Notes: generated by a model from the sequence alone, not told the origin. A DNA stretch of 64,000 nucleotides from Octopus sinensis (GCF_006345805.1 NC_043012.1:1116001-1180000), one strand, 5' to 3'. Counted from the first letter of the stretch, positions 14,092 through 28,333 are shown. A program made the numbers and translations.

Positions 14092-14799
14092 CATAATAAC
14101 TGTAATAACAATAATAATAATAACAACAATAAAAATAATGATGATGATCCTGGTAATGAAGAGAACGATGATTTTGATGATTATTGTTTTTTTCCTTTAT
14201 TTATTTATTACAGAAATGATGATTATGATGGTGGCGGTGGTGGCTGTGATAAAGTCTGCGAAATAGTAGAATAGTAGAATGTGAAACTAACTTATTGGTG
14301 TGCAGTGTTTAATTACAGAAATCTATGTTCCAGGTTCAAATTATCACCAGCATTCATTTTCCCCACCTTTGAATCCTTTCAGGACTGATAAAACAAATAC
14401 CTGTTATATCCTGGGGGTATTGCCTGATTCCAGAGATAAATATGTGGCCTTATGCCAATGTAAAATAAAAAAAAATTTGATTATAATTACATTTCTTCAT
14501 AACCTTATAATTATTTGGAAATTTGATCTGGTGACAGCAGGTGCTTTCACCTACAGTTGCTTTTGAAGTAAGAGAGAAAGAGAAATTGAAGGGAAGGTGA
14601 AGTTTCCCTTTAAGGGGAGAGAACTGCTCAGGGTTTATAATTTTTGTTTTGCTTTATTATTGTTATGAGAGGTCTTAAGGTGGCTAGCTGGCAGAATCTT
14701 TAGCATGTTGGACGAAATGCTTAGCAGTATTTTGCCCGTCGCTATGTTCTGGGTTCAAATTGCACCGACTTTGTTTTTCATCCTTTCGGGATTGATAAA

Positions 14800-15046
14800 A
14801 AGCACCATTCGAGCATGGTCGAAGCCAGTGCTACCTGACTGGCCGTCATGCTGGTGGCATGTAAAAAGCACCCGCTACACACTCTCGGAGTGATCGACAT
14901 TAGGAAGGGCATCCAGCTGTAAAAAAAACATGCCAGATCAGATTGGAGCATGGTGCAACCTCCTGGCATGCCAGCCCTCAAACTGTCCAACCCACGCCAG
15001 CATGGAAAGTGGATGTTAAATGATGATGATGATGATGATGATGATG
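14800..15046 (+). mobile_element. SINE-like family V (V-domain-like ggaagggcatcc core, (GAT)n tail)
   Basis: ctacactctcggagtg...taggaagggcatccagctgtaaaa...aacccacgccagcatggaaagtggatgttaaatgatgatg; other copies at about 21385, 32255(-), 33370(-), 47440, 61900 and 63915(-). Confidence 0.75.
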
Positions 15047-15116
15047 AATTACATATATATATACATATGTATATATTATACATACATATATATATCTGTA
15101 TATATATATTTGTATT

Positions 15117-15154
<38 letters not shown>

Positions 15155-16184
15155 TGTACACATATGGATGTTTATGTGTGTGTGTGTATGTGTATCTGTG
15201 TGTATATATATTTGTGGCACATGCGATCTTTTATTTTTATTGGTGTTGTTTTTGTTTGTCATGTTAGGTTTTTTTTCTCTCTTAGATATTCTTCTAAAAT
15301 GGTTCATCAACAAATAACATTTGAAAGTGTTTTCTTTCATTATTATTATTATTTGTTATTTCATCAATACATCTGTTGGTGGAGTTTCTTCCCATCTACC
15401 TGAAAAACTGGAAGAAATCTACCAAAGAAAATATTTCCAATATATTAATAAAAAATAGATATCAAGCAAACAAAAAAAAAGCAATACTAAATTCTCGTAA
15501 GTTAATTAATTATTTAATTAAAGTGCTGAACTATCTGAATCATTAGAATGTCAGACTGTATTTGTTCGGAATCACTACATCCTGATTTCAAATCCCATCA
15601 AGGTTAAATTTTGCCACCAATATTTTTTGGGAGTTTAATAAAAATAAGTGTTAATCTAAGTCATTGGATTATGTATTGGAACTGTAAAAATGTCAGACCT
15701 GTTTTCTTAGGGCATTTATTCCAGCACTTTGAGTTCTTAGGTGAGATCTTGCCATAGTTTTGTTACATGGCAGAAATAATCCCAACACTCAGTTTGGGTA
15801 CCTTTGACACTTTGACACTTTGGGTACCTTTACCAAAGCAGCTTACCCTATTAGAATCATATGGGCCAGGTTTCTAGTTTGAGAATTACTTTCTCTCTTT
15901 CCCTCTCTCTCTCTTTTCTCTCCCTCTCTCCCTCTCTCTCCCTCTCTCTCCCTCTCTCTCCCTCTCTCTCTCTTAGCACCATTCTCAGAAAACCTATGAA
16001 AGCTCATGGCCACTGCCTTTTCTTCTGATTTACGGAATAAAAAATAACAGCTGTGGCTGTGTGGTAGGAATCTTGCTTCCGAACCACAGTGATCTGTGTT
16101 CAGTCTCACTGTGTGGTACCTTGAGCAAACCTTGTAAATAGATTTGATAGACAGAAACTGAAAGAAGCTTCCTGTCATATATAC

Positions 16185-16237
<53 letters not shown>

Positions 16238-17224
16238 ATGTGGGTATGTATGTATTATGCATGTATATATACTGTATATATAAATAGATTTATATGTATG
16301 TGTGTGTCTTTGTGTCTGTGTTTGTCCTCTACCACTGCTTGACAACTGGTGTTGATATATTTATATCTCCATAACTTAGTGGTTCAACAAAAGATACTGA
16401 TGCAATAAGAAAATTAGCACTGGGTTCAACTCATTTGGCTAAACATTTCTAACGACTGAAACAAATAAAAGATAAACAAAATATACCTTTTAAGTAATTA
16501 ATACATTTTACTTTATGCCTCTGAGAAAAATTTAAAAAACAAAACATATATATATAAAAAATATAAATTTCATAAAATCTCAGAATTATCATTTACTTCA
16601 TCTTTATTTATAATCATGCATTTTTATGCAAAAATAGATTTTTTTAGTTATAGGTTTCCAATAGAACAACTGTTTGTTTCACTGCATAATTCAACACTGA
16701 AAGTGAAAAGGGATTATCTATGCTATTTGAACAGATTAGAAACCAGAAACTTCAAATACCAGAAGGTCCAAAAGCACCAGGGATTTGAGAGGATGCAATA
16801 ATCATCAGGGTATCTTGTAAATGTGGGTTTTTTTGTCTGTTGCCTTGTCCTTTCACCTGCCATGGAAGGCAGTTTAGTTCATTAAATGTGTTTTCTCATA
16901 TATATATACAAGACTGATTTCTGAGCATCCATTTATTAATTAAATCATTAATGAATAACAAATAATAAGTAAATCATTGCTAAATGATATCAGTGAATTT
17001 CTAACTTTCCACCTGGAGTATTAACTGCCATTAAGCTCGAAAATGAAAGGAAGAAAATATCTGGAGAGATTCATATGATGAAAGACAAAATGATAAATAC
17101 TCATGGCACAAACTGAAAGTTTTTTCTAAGCTATGGTTAAACTTTGGTTTTCAAACACAAAATTACTTCGTCCCACTTGCCAACCCACAAAACAACAACA
17201 CTACAAATTGCAGTTTCATATGGT

Positions 17225-17453
17225 TTAACCTTTTCGTTACCAACCCGGCTAATACCCGCTTTGGCTCTGTAGTATAGATGTCTTCTTTTCATAAGTTTTC
17301 AATTAAAATCTTCCACTAAATCTTAGTCACAATTTATGTTCTTAACACTAGCTTAATGATAACTAAGTTATTTTACTAAATTCTTTGTTATATTTAAAAT
17401 AATTGAAAGAAACACAGAGCATCTCAAAATAAATACGGTAGCAAAAGGATTAA
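17225..17453. mobile_element. TTAA-flanked MITE family 2
   Basis: TTAA-ccttttcgttacc ... ggtagcaaaagga-TTAA imperfect TIRs, 229 bp. Confidence 0.65.
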
Positions 17454-17513
17454 GGTTTAGAGACACAAGTGAATATCTACAGTACAACACTACCAGAGTT
17501 AAATATGTTGTCA

Positions 17514-17551
<38 letters not shown>

Positions 17552-17770
17552 TGGATACATGTGCAGTAGCAGTAATTTTGCTGCATCCACCATTTGTTGG
17601 TGATGCCCTTCTCCTTGTAGGTGACGCCTTTGCAGCACTCAGGCAACAACCCTTCAACCCATGTGTCTGTTTGGGTAGTAACTGCCGATGAAGGTTTTAC
17701 TGGGCTGGAGTTCAAATCTTACCGTAGCCTTTTAGCTGCCATTTACTGACAGTCTAGTGACCGCGCGTAT

Positions 17771-17968
17771 ACCATTGGCGATTTTTTTTCCTCTGTCTTC
17801 TCTTCTCTGGATCTTTCCTTTTCCTATGTTTCTAATGAAGAGCTCCGCTCGAAACGTAAAATCCTCCTTCTTCCCTTCCTTCCTGAGCATCCAATAATAC
17901 TATATTTGTTCCACGTCCTCACGTTGTGTTTTCTCTTTGTGTTTTCATGTTTGGATTAACTTTATATT
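17771..17968 (+). mobile_element. Penelope-like element terminal-repeat remnant containing a hammerhead motif
   Basis: CT-rich leader, then tttctaatgaagagctccgctcgaaacgtaaaat, then ccaataatactatatttgttccacgtcctcacgttg; typical PLE terminal signature. Confidence 0.65.
17828..17862 (+). ncRNA. Degenerate minimal type I hammerhead ribozyme motif (core G5>A)
   Basis: Stem I gttt/aaat, core CTAATGA (consensus CTGANGA) + A, stem II GAGC-tcc-GCTC, GAA, palindromic ACGT, H17=A. Confidence 0.6.
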
Positions 17969-19615
17969 TTGACATACCGCTCCCCACACAGCACTTGAGC
18001 AACCTGAAATTAAGTTTGCTGTCAAAGTGCTGTAATTAAATCTTAATATAGTCAAGAATTTGGGAGAACTTAGTAGAATAGTATACACTTTTCTTTTTAA
18101 CCCAGTATTTAAATGTCAAATGTCACTGAGAAAAAGTTTCTTCTTGTTTAAATTATTATAGAATTATTTAGTGATGCAAGTTTGGCTGTGCGGTTAAGAA
18201 GTTCATTTTGCAATCATGGGGCTCAGGTGTTTACCCTCCCTGAACAGCACCTTGGGCAAATATCTTCTACAACAATCCTAGGCTGACCCAGTGACTCATG
18301 AGTGAATTGGAAGCCTGTTGTATATACACATTTATATATATACATACATGTGTGTGTTTTTCTGTATGCATGCATGCATGTGTGAATGTGTATGTGTGTG
18401 TGTGTGTGTTTCTTTGTGTTTATGTTATCACCTCTAAGACAACCAGTGCTGGTTTATGTGTTTACATCCCCATAGTTTAGTAGTCTAGCAAAAAACAAAA
18501 CAAAAAAAAGACTGATAAAATAAGTAGCAGGCTCAAAATAAGTACTAGGGTTCATTTGTTTTACTATACCCTTCAATGTGGTGCCCCAGCTTGGCCATGG
18601 TCTAATGACTGAAACAAGTAAAAAGAATAAAAAAAGAATGAAACAACAACTTTTTATTTTTAATTTAACTCTTTCACAATTATATTCATTATATCTTCTA
18701 ATATAATAACAAGTGTAGTGTTTTTATATATTTGTGCATGTATATATATATATATATATTTGTCCAGAATTATGCCGGACGTGGAGGAGGAGAGAAAATA
18801 GTAATTCGGTGAAGGAGAAGTAGTGAGAGTAATAGCCTGACTGAGTGGGTGAGAGAGAAAGTAATATCAATGAGAGAAAGGAAGGAGTAATAGATGAATA
18901 AGGAAGGAAGGGGTGGAAAAAATAATCAGTGTTTCAATTCTGTGTGAGTATATGTGTGTATGTGTGTGTATGTGTGTACAAGGGAAGTGTGTGAATATTT
19001 GTATCTGTGATGATTATGTACCTTATTTTGTACCTTTAATTAGCTGTCATTATTGGTGGTACATGTCAGCTTGTTCTTTATAAACATGCTACAATGCACT
19101 GGAGACCAAGCCAAAATTATGATGGCCACAGCACATGGAAAGTACCAAAAACTACCAGTGCACTTTGTGAGGAAATCCTTTTTAAATCATATTTTAGAAT
19201 TAAATGTGGAGGTGCATGGCTTAGTGGTTAGGGTGTTAGACTCATGATCGTAAGATTGTGGTTTCGATTCCTGGACTGGGTGATGCGTTGTGTTCTTGAG
19301 CAAAACACTTCATTTTCACTTCATTGCTCCAGTCCACTCAGCTGGCAAAAATGAGTAATCTTACGATGGACTGGCCTCCCATCCAGGTGGGGAATTTCAA
19401 CACCACTGAAACCAGGAAACTGGCCCTTATGAGCCTGGTAGGGCTACAAAAGGAAACATTCATTTTCTCCTTAGAATTAACCATTTATAATAAATTTAGA
19501 AAAGATATTATTTAACCTGTTTTATAAATTATATTTGTGTCTAACAAAATTATGAATCACAGTTTTGTCTCGAGACATTTAGATGTTAGTAAAAACTCCT
19601 TAAGGCTTTTATATT

Positions 19616-20098
19616 TTAACCCTTCAACATTCAGATTGCTATGTCAAATGTAATATTTATTCACCCTGTTTTGCATTAACCATGCATTATTTCATAGATT
19701 CGTCTTGATGATGTGGTTGGTTATTTTTAGAATGACATTGTAGGGTAGGTGAGAGTGGTCTGATCTGGATGTTTTCAGCATTAAAAAAATAGGAGATTTG
19801 GGCCAGATGGGGCCAGTTTAACCCTTCAGCACTCAGATTGCTCTGTCATATGTAATGCTTATTTATTCACAGTGTTTTGAATTAATTAGCCTTTTAGCTG
19901 CCATTAATTTTTTTTTAATAATTAATAATTAATTAATTAATAATTAATTTCTCATAGTTTGGAGATTTTGACAATGTGATTGCTTATTTTTACGACGGCA
20001 TTATAGAGTAAGCATAAGAGGCAGAATCTGGCTGGTTTGAACATAAAACAGGTAAAATATTTGGGTCTGATATGGCAGACTGAAATGTTAAAGGGTAA
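19616..20098 (+). mobile_element. Two tandem older copies of TTAA MITE family 1
   Basis: ttaacccttcaacattcagattgc... and ttaacccttcagcactcagattgc... ending gaaatgttaaagggt. Confidence 0.7.
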
Positions 20099-20431
20099 AA
20101 AAAATCTGCAGTGTGCCAGTGTGTCACAATTTGAGCTCTACCAAGTATTGTCTGAGAATAAACACTGGTTTACAGATTTGAATTAATTTTCAAAATAATC
20201 AACAATTTGAAAGTATACCATAAAATAAGTGACGTGTTTGTTATAAAACCAATATTTAGAATCTAACAACGAAGTTCTTCTTTACAATTTAAACTAAAGG
20301 TTTGAATTTAAATGTACAAACTTCAAAATATAGTTTTTTGTATAATATAGTAGTTTCTAGTCTTGGATGGATTGGTATGAGAATGGCTAAAGGAAATTTA
20401 ATAATCTAAATTTTGACACTTGACAGAGAGT

Positions 20432-20465
<34 letters not shown>

Positions 20466-21545
20466 AAGAGAAAGAGAGAGAGAGAGAGAGTGAGAGTGCA
20501 GTATTGAATTAAAGGCCTTTGATACTTAGATTTGCTGCGTCTAGATTTTGAGTTCAAATTCCTCCATGGATCATCTTTGTCATGCAACCATGCAGTGTAT
20601 GTGTATAGAGAAGAGGAAAGCAGAGGTTCATAAGCTAAGTACCAGTAATACAGTGGGGACAGGCTGATCTCATGAAAAAGTAATTTCAATGTGCTGTAAA
20701 AAAAAAATTAAAAAAAACAAAACAAAACAAAATCAGTACTGAAAGTACACAATTTTTCTTGTTGTTGTTGTTCTGTTGCATTTTTTGTTTGCTTCTGTTG
20801 TTGTTATTGTTGTTGTTATTCTGTTCGTTTTATTGTTTCCTTTATTTTGTTTGTTCTTTGCCATCAAGAGATATCTTTATACGTTGGTGTTATTGTTGAC
20901 ATAAGTGGATGAGGGTGTGATGGATACAGACATGGCTGTGTGGTTAAGGAGATTGCCTCCCATCCATATGATTTTGGGATCAGTTCCACTGTATGGTACC
21001 TTGGATAAATATCTTCTACTATGGCCCCAGGCCAACCAAAGCCTTATGAGTGAAACTGGTAGACAGAACTATAAAAAGTTCATTCTATATATGTATATAT
21101 ATATATATATTCTATGATGCTGATGATATATATATATATTTATACATACATATATATATGTACACCCCCCACCCCCACACATATATATATATATATCCAT
21201 ACATTATATATATATATATATATATACATCCATACATTATATATATATATATACATATATATGTATATATATATATACATACCTACCTACCTACATACAT
21301 ACATACATATACATATATATATATATACATACCTACATACATACATACATATACATATATATATATACATACATATATATCACCTACTACACTCTCAGAG
21401 TGGTTGGCATTAGGAAGGGCATCTCCAACTGTAGTAAATTTGCCAGACCAGATTGAGCCTGGTGTAGCCTCTGGCTAACCAGTCCTCGGTCAAACTGTCC
21501 AACTCATGCCATGGAAAGCTGACGGTAAATGATGATGATGATCTT

Positions 21546-21594
<49 letters not shown>

Positions 21595-21616
21595 ATCTAT
21601 CTGTCTATCTATCTGT

Positions 21617-21686
<70 letters not shown>

Positions 21687-21802
21687 GTATATATATACAT
21701 ATATATGCTACTAATATAGGATGAAGTTTTTTTCTCAACAGAAAAAAATTCCATCAAGAAATGTGGCAGCATATTAAAATACCTTTAAAGGTTAAAATTA
21801 TA

Positions 21803-21973
21803 AACAACTTATAAGTAAGGGCTAAAGAAAATTATTTCAAAGCCAATATGCTGATAACAGACTATTAAATCGTCAATTTCCACATATAATATGTGGAAAT
21901 TGACGATTTAATAGTCTGTTATCAGCATATTGGCTTTGAAATAATTTTCTTTAGCCCTTACTTATAAGTTGTT
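21803..21973. repeat. Perfect palindrome with 85-bp arms and a 1-nt centre
   Basis: 21803-21887 is the exact reverse complement of 21889-21973 (checked base by base). Confidence 0.97.
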
Positions 21974-22086
21974 CATACATATATATATATATATATATAT
22001 ATAATATACACACATATATATACTAAATGTTAATATTGGGCAGTGAGAAGGATTTCTCAACATTGCTTTGGTGAATTAACATTCTT

Positions 22087-22200
22087 TATTTGTAAGTCAT
22101 CAAGGCTACCATTGGTTTCACATTGAGAGAGACATCGATAATTGTTGAAAGATATCTCTTTCAACATGAAACCATTGGTAGCCTTGTTAACTCACAAATA
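22087..22200. mobile_element. Small imperfect inverted-repeat element (MITE-like)
   Basis: tatttgtaagtcatcaaggctaccattggtttcacattga versus the reverse complement of tcaacatgaaaccattggtagccttgttaactcacaaata, about 80% paired. Confidence 0.65.
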
Positions 22201-22492
22201 ATGTATATATGAATATACATATATACAGCACACACACACACATATGTGTGTGTATGTGTGTGTGTGTGTGTGTATACATATCTGATGTGTATAATGAAGA
22301 TCTACCTCTTTGTTCAATCCATGCTAGGATGGCATATGGATATTAAATATTGACGATGATGTTCTTGTTGTCAATGTAATTGTTGTTGACATGACATCGG
22401 TGAGGATTAAACCCAACAGTAATATGTCTGAAATATTGATAACAATAACAGACAAGAGTCATGCACCAAGTCCTTCTCCAGAGGTTTTAAGT

Positions 22493-22531
<39 letters not shown>

Positions 22532-23137
22532 TAATAGGGAGTTTGAATGCAAAGGAGTAGCAGCTTGAGCTATAGTTAGAGTATTCACTTCTGTTCAACA
22601 ATGAAGATTCAGTTGTTTGATCGCAACTGAATTATCTGCCCTTGAATCAGCATATAACTGACAAAGTATTCCACAGACAAGTGCAGTGTTAATGTAATTC
22701 TCAGGCATAATCAGTGTGACACAGTCTGTAACAAGGTTGTATCTTTTGAAATGCAGGTTCAATCCAAACGGCAGGATTCCACACAGTCTCTGTCTACCCA
22801 ATTTCACTCATGTAGTATGGATCACCCTAAGGCTACAGAAAATTACATTTATTTAAGGAACTGCATTGAACCCAACTGGCATTGACCCCCAAAACCTTGA
22901 GGTTACAAAATGAACTTCTTAACTAACTGGCAATATTGTGCCAATACTTCTGTATGTAATGTTCTATATATGGCTGTGTGGTTAAGAGGTTTGTTTCTCA
23001 ACCACATGGCTGTGGGTTCAGTTCCACTGCATGACACCTTCATGCTAAAACGTTTGAAAGACAGAAACTGAAGGAAACCTGTCATATATATATATATATG
23101 TAATATATGTGTGCATGTGTGTGTGTATGTGTGTATG

Positions 23138-23189
<52 letters not shown>

Positions 23190-23363
23190 ATATACATACA
23201 TAAATATATATATATATAGATAGATAGATAGATAGTGGGAGTGAGAGAGAGAGAGACAGACAGACAGACAGATAATAAAAAATGCATCATAGCATGTACT
23301 ACAAGATTTTTATCCAAATCTTATTTAACTAATATATATACATATATACATACATAAACACAC

Positions 23364-23447
<84 letters not shown>

Positions 23448-23480
23448 ATATATATATCATACATAAATATATATATATAT

Positions 23481-23511
<31 letters not shown>

Positions 23512-23565
23512 TTTCTCCTATACGAGCAAAGCCATTCATAGAAAGAATGACTGAAATGAGTCATC

Positions 23566-23737
23566 GATGATGCAATGTGAGGTCCTTGTATGACTCTTGA
23601 GCTCAGCCTATGATGTGCACATTCTATTGCATAATGCACACCTGAGCTGGCTGGCAGAGGGAACAGGTGCCACACTATGAAATCTTTTGAGATGCCTTTT
23701 CAATCCTCCAACTGAAAAGCACACCTTTCCACAAGCT
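23566..23737 (-). mobile_element. LINE (RTE-like) ORF C-terminal double C2H2 zinc-finger remnant
   Basis: CGKVCFSVGGLKRHLKRFH...LRCALCNRMCTS*AELKSHTRTSH with an in-frame stop; 5' end truncated into (TA)n. Confidence 0.65.
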
Positions 23738-24009
23738 GCATATATATATACATGTGTATATATATACATATATATACTTGACATCACATCACACAAGGGT
23801 GGTTACAATAACAAGTGACATCATCGTAAGAACAGAGGTATTTGGTTTCCAGCCTCCCATGGAAACATATTCAGCCATGAGGAAGTATTACCTTGCTTGG
23901 AAAGAGGAGAGGATTACTGACAGGAAGAACATCCAAACATAGAAAACCTGCAACCACAAACACCATGTAATGCCTGCCAGCCGGGTAAAAGGGTTATGCT
24001 AAAAAGAAG

Positions 24010-24022
24010 ATGATGGGGATGA

Positions 24023-24074
<52 letters not shown>

Positions 24075-24183
24075 CGATGACGTTGACGATGATGATGATG
24101 ATGATGATGACGACGACGATGATGACGATGATGATGATGATGATGATGAGGATGATGGTGATGATGACGATGATGATAATGAT

Positions 24184-24214
<31 letters not shown>

Positions 24215-24325
24215 AGGAGGAGGAGGACGATGATGATGATGAGGAGGAGGAAGAGGAGGAGGATGATGATGAAGATGATAATGATGATGACGACGATGAT
24301 GACGATGATGACGATGATGATGATT
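24010..24325. repeat. (GAT/GAC/GAG)n compound microsatellite
   Basis: Read directly; follows a decayed family V element whose tail is (GAT)n. Confidence 0.95.
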
Positions 24326-25114
24326 GAAAGTAATGAGACAAAAGCAAAAAATAAACAAAATGACTGACTTGTGTCGTTTAGTCATAATATGAAACTACTA
24401 AACACTGCACATCACCTTGTGATCAAATCTTTTGGGGAATGCTACTTGATATGGACTAGCATCTTCTACAGGAGGAGATGTAACTCTTATCAGATTAACA
24501 ACATGATGAATTCAGAAGTCATGTGTTCAAATATATGGCAGGTGTATTTGGACAATGCCTTACCTCTTTTCTTTTTTAGGCTGATTATATCTATCTAGCT
24601 GCCAAAAATTAGTGTCAAAGAATTTTACAAAATGGTATTTGTGAGAGAAGTGAAGGCACATGGTTTAGCGGTTAGGGTATTTGATTAACAGTTGCCAGAG
24701 CGCAAGTTCAATTTCTGGCGGCATGTTGTCCTTGAGCCTGACACTTTTTTCCATGTTGCTCCAGTCCAAAAAAGGATTTGTACTTGAAATTCAAAGGGCC
24801 AAAAGGCCAACCAAGTCACATTCTGTGCCATGCTGAATCTCCCTGAGAACTATTTTAAGAAAAGACATGTCTGTGGAGTGCTCAGCCACTTGTATGTTAC
24901 TTTCATGAGCAGGCTGTTCCATTGATTAGTTCAACTGGAACACTCATCATCAGAACTGAGTTCATGCCAGTCATCTGTGAGAAACTGGTATCTTCTCCAG
25001 TCACAGAATAAGAGTAATCTAATCATCTCTCATTTACTTAATCACATGAAAGCAGAACTAATTAATTCAATGAATTTTAGGACATCAGGAAACATTATAT
25101 TGAGCTTACATAAT

Positions 25115-25374
25115 TGGAAACAATTGTCAGGAACACAGGCCTCAACATATTCCAGTTGGTTTTGACAGTGGCTGAGAATCCATTCATTAACTCTTGAGCA
25201 AAATATCAAAGCAAAATCGAAAGCATTCCTTCGGTAGAACTCTCCATGGATAAGAGAGAATCTTACTGCAAAGAACATAAGGGTTATTGTTAGAAATCCT
25301 GAAACCCTAGAACCAGGATATGTATATTTACTGATGAATCCCAGTTCTGATACAGAAAGAAATTATGAGATACA
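25115..25374. repeat. Segment A1, about 98% identical direct copy of 28102-28361
   Basis: 260 bp with 4 substitutions seen by eye. Confidence 0.95.
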
Positions 25375-25733
25375 AAATAAAAAAATATTTTTGTTGTTTT
25401 TGTAAAATCTCAGAAAATAATTAAAAATTCACATTTTTTATCAAATTATTTTGTTATATTTGTCTATCTATCCAACTATAAACATTTTAAATATTTCACT
25501 AATTTTTTGTTATAACTTGGTAAAAGGGTACATATTTTGCCAAAAATTATATTTAGCCTACATATATTAATTACCTCCGTTGCCTTAGATAATATAGTTA
25601 ACCCCTAATTTTACCCCTATCACTTTAGCTGATATAGTTAAACCTACATTGTAAAGGATATAACTACCCTTGTTATCTTAGGCGATAAAGTTACCACATC
25701 AACATGTATGACATAGTTATTCATAGCCGTATA

Positions 25734-25927
25734 TGTTTGACCCTTTCCTTTTCATTGCAAAGTGTTAGTCAGAAATGCAAGAGTCCCCTATTCCTTATAG
25801 GAACTAAATTTAATGATACAGAAAATATCTGATGATTTTAATTAACATTTACAATACAGGAGTTTGCCTATTTCTTTGGATTCTAGATCCTATAGGAATA
25901 AGGAATGCTGGATTAATTAAATCTATA
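25734..25927. repeat. Segment B1, about 98% identical direct copy of 27721-27914
   Basis: 194 bp with 3 substitutions seen by eye. Confidence 0.95.
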
Positions 25928-28091
25928 TAATTATCCTTCATCTTACTTCTCAGTTGTATAATTAGTGGTTAATAGTAAGTACTTAGGTTCAAATCACAGC
26001 TTTATTTATCGAAAGCAAAATCCAAAAAGAAACAAATTACTCTACTGGCCCCTCCTCCCCACCCACCTGGGAGAATGAAATTATCACACCTACTTAATAG
26101 TTGAATAATTTATGTATTGCAAAGGGCATGCTCTAACATTTCAGATATATGCAAATATATGCAAATTATCTTAACACAAAGGACATATTACAGACTAAAA
26201 TGATAAACTGCTGCTAATCTATGTTTCTTAATGGTTCTCGTTCGTAAAACTAACGAGTAGGTGAGATGTAATGATATTCAATTTTGTGAGGTCATGACAT
26301 CAATAATTTGTTTATAGTCACAAATTTTGGTTTACCCCCATTATATGACTGGTGTCATATACTTGTTTGTATAAGACAAGTATGTGACACTAACGATGGT
26401 ATCTCTGTTGGTTATTACTGTTGTTGTAGTTGTTGTTATGTTGATGTTGTTGTTGATGTCATTGGTATTGGTGGTAGTGGTGGTGGTGGTGGAGGTGGAG
26501 GTGGTGGTGGTTAGTATAGTGGAGATAATCAGAACCATATTTATGATAGTAGTATAAATGACATTAGTAATGAGGCTTATTGAGTTGTGATAGTTGTGAT
26601 GATGATGATGATGTTGATGGTAACAATGATGATGACGATGATGACGACGACGTTAATATAATGATGATGATGTTTGCAATAATGATGATGATAGTGATGG
26701 GGATGGTGATTGTGATGCCATGCAAGGAGGAGATAGAGGAATTTGTCCTCTTCAATCTCTGGAAATGATGAGAGGTCAATTAATTAAAGCTCTAATGATA
26801 TTGTTTCTCAGTTGCTGAACCAACCGCACTAGAATCATGATAAAGCAGAGCGAAAACTACCTAGCTTTTGAGGTTACAACCTCCACAGGTTTAAGGAAAC
26901 TGGGCTGTGAAGAGAAAATATTCAAAGTGGACCATAAAAGTACATAGTTACTTTGACATGAGAGAAGTCCCAAGGTCAAAGGTCACTAGGACATTAGGTC
27001 ACTAGGTCACATTGGTAGTGAAAGGGAATATTGTTGCAGTTATTGGTAGGAAAGGTTTCAGTGTTAATGATAACAAAGATAGGTAAATGTACAATGAGGA
27101 AGATGGTATATCAAAATGGAAGCAGGAATTAAAAGGTCTAATGTTCTTTATGTTTCCATGTGGATGAGATGGAATGGGAACCATTCTGAGTTGTAAGAAT
27201 GAAAGATGCCACAAGAGACCCAGGAACAATTACATGAGCCCATAATGACAGATAAAGGAGAGTTAGAATACTAATTTTGAAAGATAAGGCAGCAAATTGG
27301 CAGAATTGTTAATGTGGCTGGAGAGATGCTAGGTGGTGCTTTCTCTGTTGCTACATTCTTTCTTCAAATCTAGCTGAGGTCCACTTAGGTGGTGAATTGA
27401 CAGAATCGTTAGCATGCTGGGCAAAATGTTTAGTAGCACTTCATCTGTTGTTAAGTTCTGAGTTCAAGTTCCTCCATGACTGACTTTGCCTTTCATCCTT
27501 TTGGGATCGATTAAATAAGTACCAGTTGAATACTAGGGTTGATATAATTGACTAGCTCCCTCCCCATAAATTTCAGGCCTTGTGACTATAGTAGAAAGGA
27601 TTATTATTAGTATCATTAATACCAGCTCTTATTCATAGGGATTATCTTCTAATCCAAATCTACTTCCAGTCCTTGACATTTAATCAATTCACCCTTTTTT
27701 TTTGTTGTTTTTTTTTTTTTTGTTTGACCCTCTCCTTTTCATTGCAAAGTGTTAGTCAGAAATGCAAGAGTCCCTTATTCCTTATAGGAACTAAATTTAA
27801 TGATACAGAAAATATCCGATGATTTTAATTAACATTTACAATACAGGAGTTTGCCTATTTCTTTGGATTCTAGATCCTATAGGAATAAGGAATGCTGGAT
27901 TAATTAAATCTATACAACTCTTGGATTAATATCCAGCACTGTAATGTGTGGAAGTTATAGTTAGGAACACAAGACTTGCCCTCTATCAGTTAGTTTTACC
28001 AAAAGAGGAGAATTTTAAATTTACTATCAAGAAATACAACGCAGAATCTTGAAATTACTACTTCAACATCTGTTCTTGGATGCATGTCCAA

Positions 28092-28333
28092 TCATGGAGT
28101 GTGGAAACAATTGTCAGGAACACAGGCCTCAACATATTCCAGTTGGTTTTGATAGTGGCTGAGAATCCATTCATTACCTCTTGAGCAAAATATCAAAGCA
28201 AAATCGAAAGCATTCCTTCTGTAGAACTCTCCATGGATAAGAGAGAATCTTACTGCGAAGAACATAAGGGTTATTGTTAGAAATCCTGAAACCCTAGAAC
28301 CAGGATATGTATATTTACTGATGAATCCCAGTT
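28092..28333 (-). CDS. Candidate terminal exon LGFISKYTYPGSRVSGFLTITLMFFAVRFSLIHGEFYRRNAFDFALIFCSRGNEWILSHYQNQLEYVEACVPDNCFHTP*
   Basis: Strong acceptor taatttctttctgtatcag|, 79 open codons to TGA, A-tract about 370 nt downstream; phase-compatible with the 30-nt exon at 28505-28534; an overlapping in-register plus-strand ORF leaves the strand ambiguous. Confidence 0.3.

Noticed and set aside
16760-16856. Minus-strand exon candidate VKGQGNRQKNPHLQDTLMIIASSQIPGAFGPS
   Set aside because: Weak donor, two frames open, no recognised homology; also applies to similar candidates near 8.6, 9.8, 11.55, 36.6, 37.8 and 45.1 kb
23999-24385. Acidic or His-rich protein ORFs
   Set aside because: Expanded (GAT/GAG)n tail of a family V element, open in several frames
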